From: a virus
Length of the DNA stretch: 64,000 bases
IMG/VR virus record: IMGVR_UViG_3300045988_059857
Location: 4,514-68,513 of that record
Reading direction: 5' to 3' (one strand)
Part shown: piece after piece, positions 63,515 through 64,000 of the stretch
Layout of the letters: every line of letters begins with the position of its first letter
How positions within the stretch are numbered: the stretch's first letter is position 1
The notes under the pieces: generated by a model
What the model was told of the DNA's origin: nothing
Databases searched by the model: none
What the model saw: the letters and a program-made list of their open reading frames with translations, nothing else
Position numbers and translations under genes: made by a program

Positions 63515-64000
63515 ATGAATAAATGTTTGATTACCAAACTTAATGGTTCTTGCAATAACGCAAGCTTATTGAGAATCGGAGAAATGCGAGTACATTTTGC
63601 AAAATCAGAGTCTCCAACTGCTTCTACACAAGGCAAGACAATAACTTTTACTAAAGATGCAGAATTGGAAATTATAGGTGATGCTTATTTTACAGATAAA
63701 ACTTTATCTGAAAACAAAGGCAAGAAGATTACTATTCCAGCAGAAAGTACTCAGGGGTTCTTTGTTTCTAATGCGGACTGCGATATAGCTATCTTGGACA
63801 AGTATTCTTTATTAAGAATATGCAATTGGGCATATGCTGTACCTTCATACGGCAAGAATGTTTCATTCAGTTTAGATGATTTAAAGTATTCCACAAAATT
63901 GAAAGAGTTAAACTATTCAAGTTCACAAGTTAGTGGTGATATTGCTAGTTTGAAGAATCTTACTGCATTGACAACTATAAATTTGGCTAGTTCACAAGTT
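63515..64000 (+). CDS. leucine-rich-repeat-like tail/receptor-binding protein (5' part; continues beyond window)
   Basis: ATG at 63515. The sequence DDLKYSTKLKELNYSSSQVSGDIASLKNLTALTTINLASSQV is LRR-like. Confidence 0.6.
   Translation, partial: MNKCLITKLNGSCNNASLLRIGEMRVHFAKSESPTASTQGKTITFTKDAELEIIGDAYFTDKTLSENKGKKITIPAESTQGFFVSNADCDIAILDKYSLLRICNWAYAVPSYGKNVSFSLDDLKYSTKLKELNYSSSQVSGDIASLKNLTALTTINLASSQV

Noticed and set aside
1-64000. Stop-codon reassignment or a suppressor tRNA, as seen in some gut phages.
   Set aside because: All long genes, including the 16.5-kb ORF, TerL, the portal and the fibres, are open in the standard code. The only tRNA has anticodon CAT. The breaks in the MTase involve frame changes, not just in-frame stops.
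1-64000. A CRISPR array, a diversity-generating retroelement or a retron.
   Set aside because: No repeat-spacer periodicity was seen. No ORF has a reverse-transcriptase YxDD-type motif. No template/variable repeat pair was noticed near the fibre gene ends within this window.

Overview
The window reads as one contiguous stretch of a temperate tailed-phage genome. No bacterial housekeeping genes are visible. Promoters look Bacteroidota-type, with -7 boxes matching TAnnTTTG.

Layout:
- 1-21162, minus strand: a late operon of two Gly/Gln-rich small proteins followed by a single 16.5-kb ORF (5503 aa). That ORF looks like a multi-effector 'polyvalent' protein. It carries an HExxH peptidase motif, four YHG[ST] ART-like modules and a complete C5-cytosine methyltransferase motif set. 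Small membrane/unknown genes and a DUF559/Vsr-like endonuclease follow.
- 21163-22137: an ORF-free, repeat-rich region that is a candidate attP and also holds a candidate small RNA or leader.
- 22138-26945: lysogeny and immunity genes. These are a tyrosine integrase, two membrane proteins, a cI-like repressor, a Cro-like protein, a Rha/KilAC antirepressor and an excisionase-like HTH protein.
- 27250-27327: a tRNA(CAU), followed by about 600 nt of non-coding sequence.
- 28088-34932: recombination and DNA-metabolism genes. These are a Rad52-like annealase, a PD-(D/E)xK exonuclease, a DUF3127 SSB, a VRR-NUC nuclease, a fragmented C5-MTase and a MazG-like protein.
- 34945-40923: an AT-rich block of about 30 small ORFs, many preceded by strong GGAGG ribosome-binding sites.
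- 40944-44853: two large unknown proteins.
- 44955-54291, minus strand: morphogenesis and lysis genes. These are a scaffold-like protein, the capsid protein, the portal, a holin, a GH19 endolysin, a u-spanin and connector-size proteins.
- 54424-64000, plus strand: a TerS-position gene, a compact rhomboid protease, TerL and tail-fibre genes.

Most notable observations:
1. The giant polyvalent ORF has a [KR]FS[LI][KR] motif recurring at 10 domain junctions.
2. A 13-nt element, TTAACGGATAAA[AG], sits exactly 22 nt upstream of a TAnnTTTG box at five late operons.
3. A rhomboid protease gene lies inside the terminase operon.
4. A multi-TRD C5-MTase is split into four overlapping ORFs.
5. Two adjacent lysogeny-module membrane proteins share a C-terminal motif.

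All functional calls come from motif recognition by eye. No database search was run.
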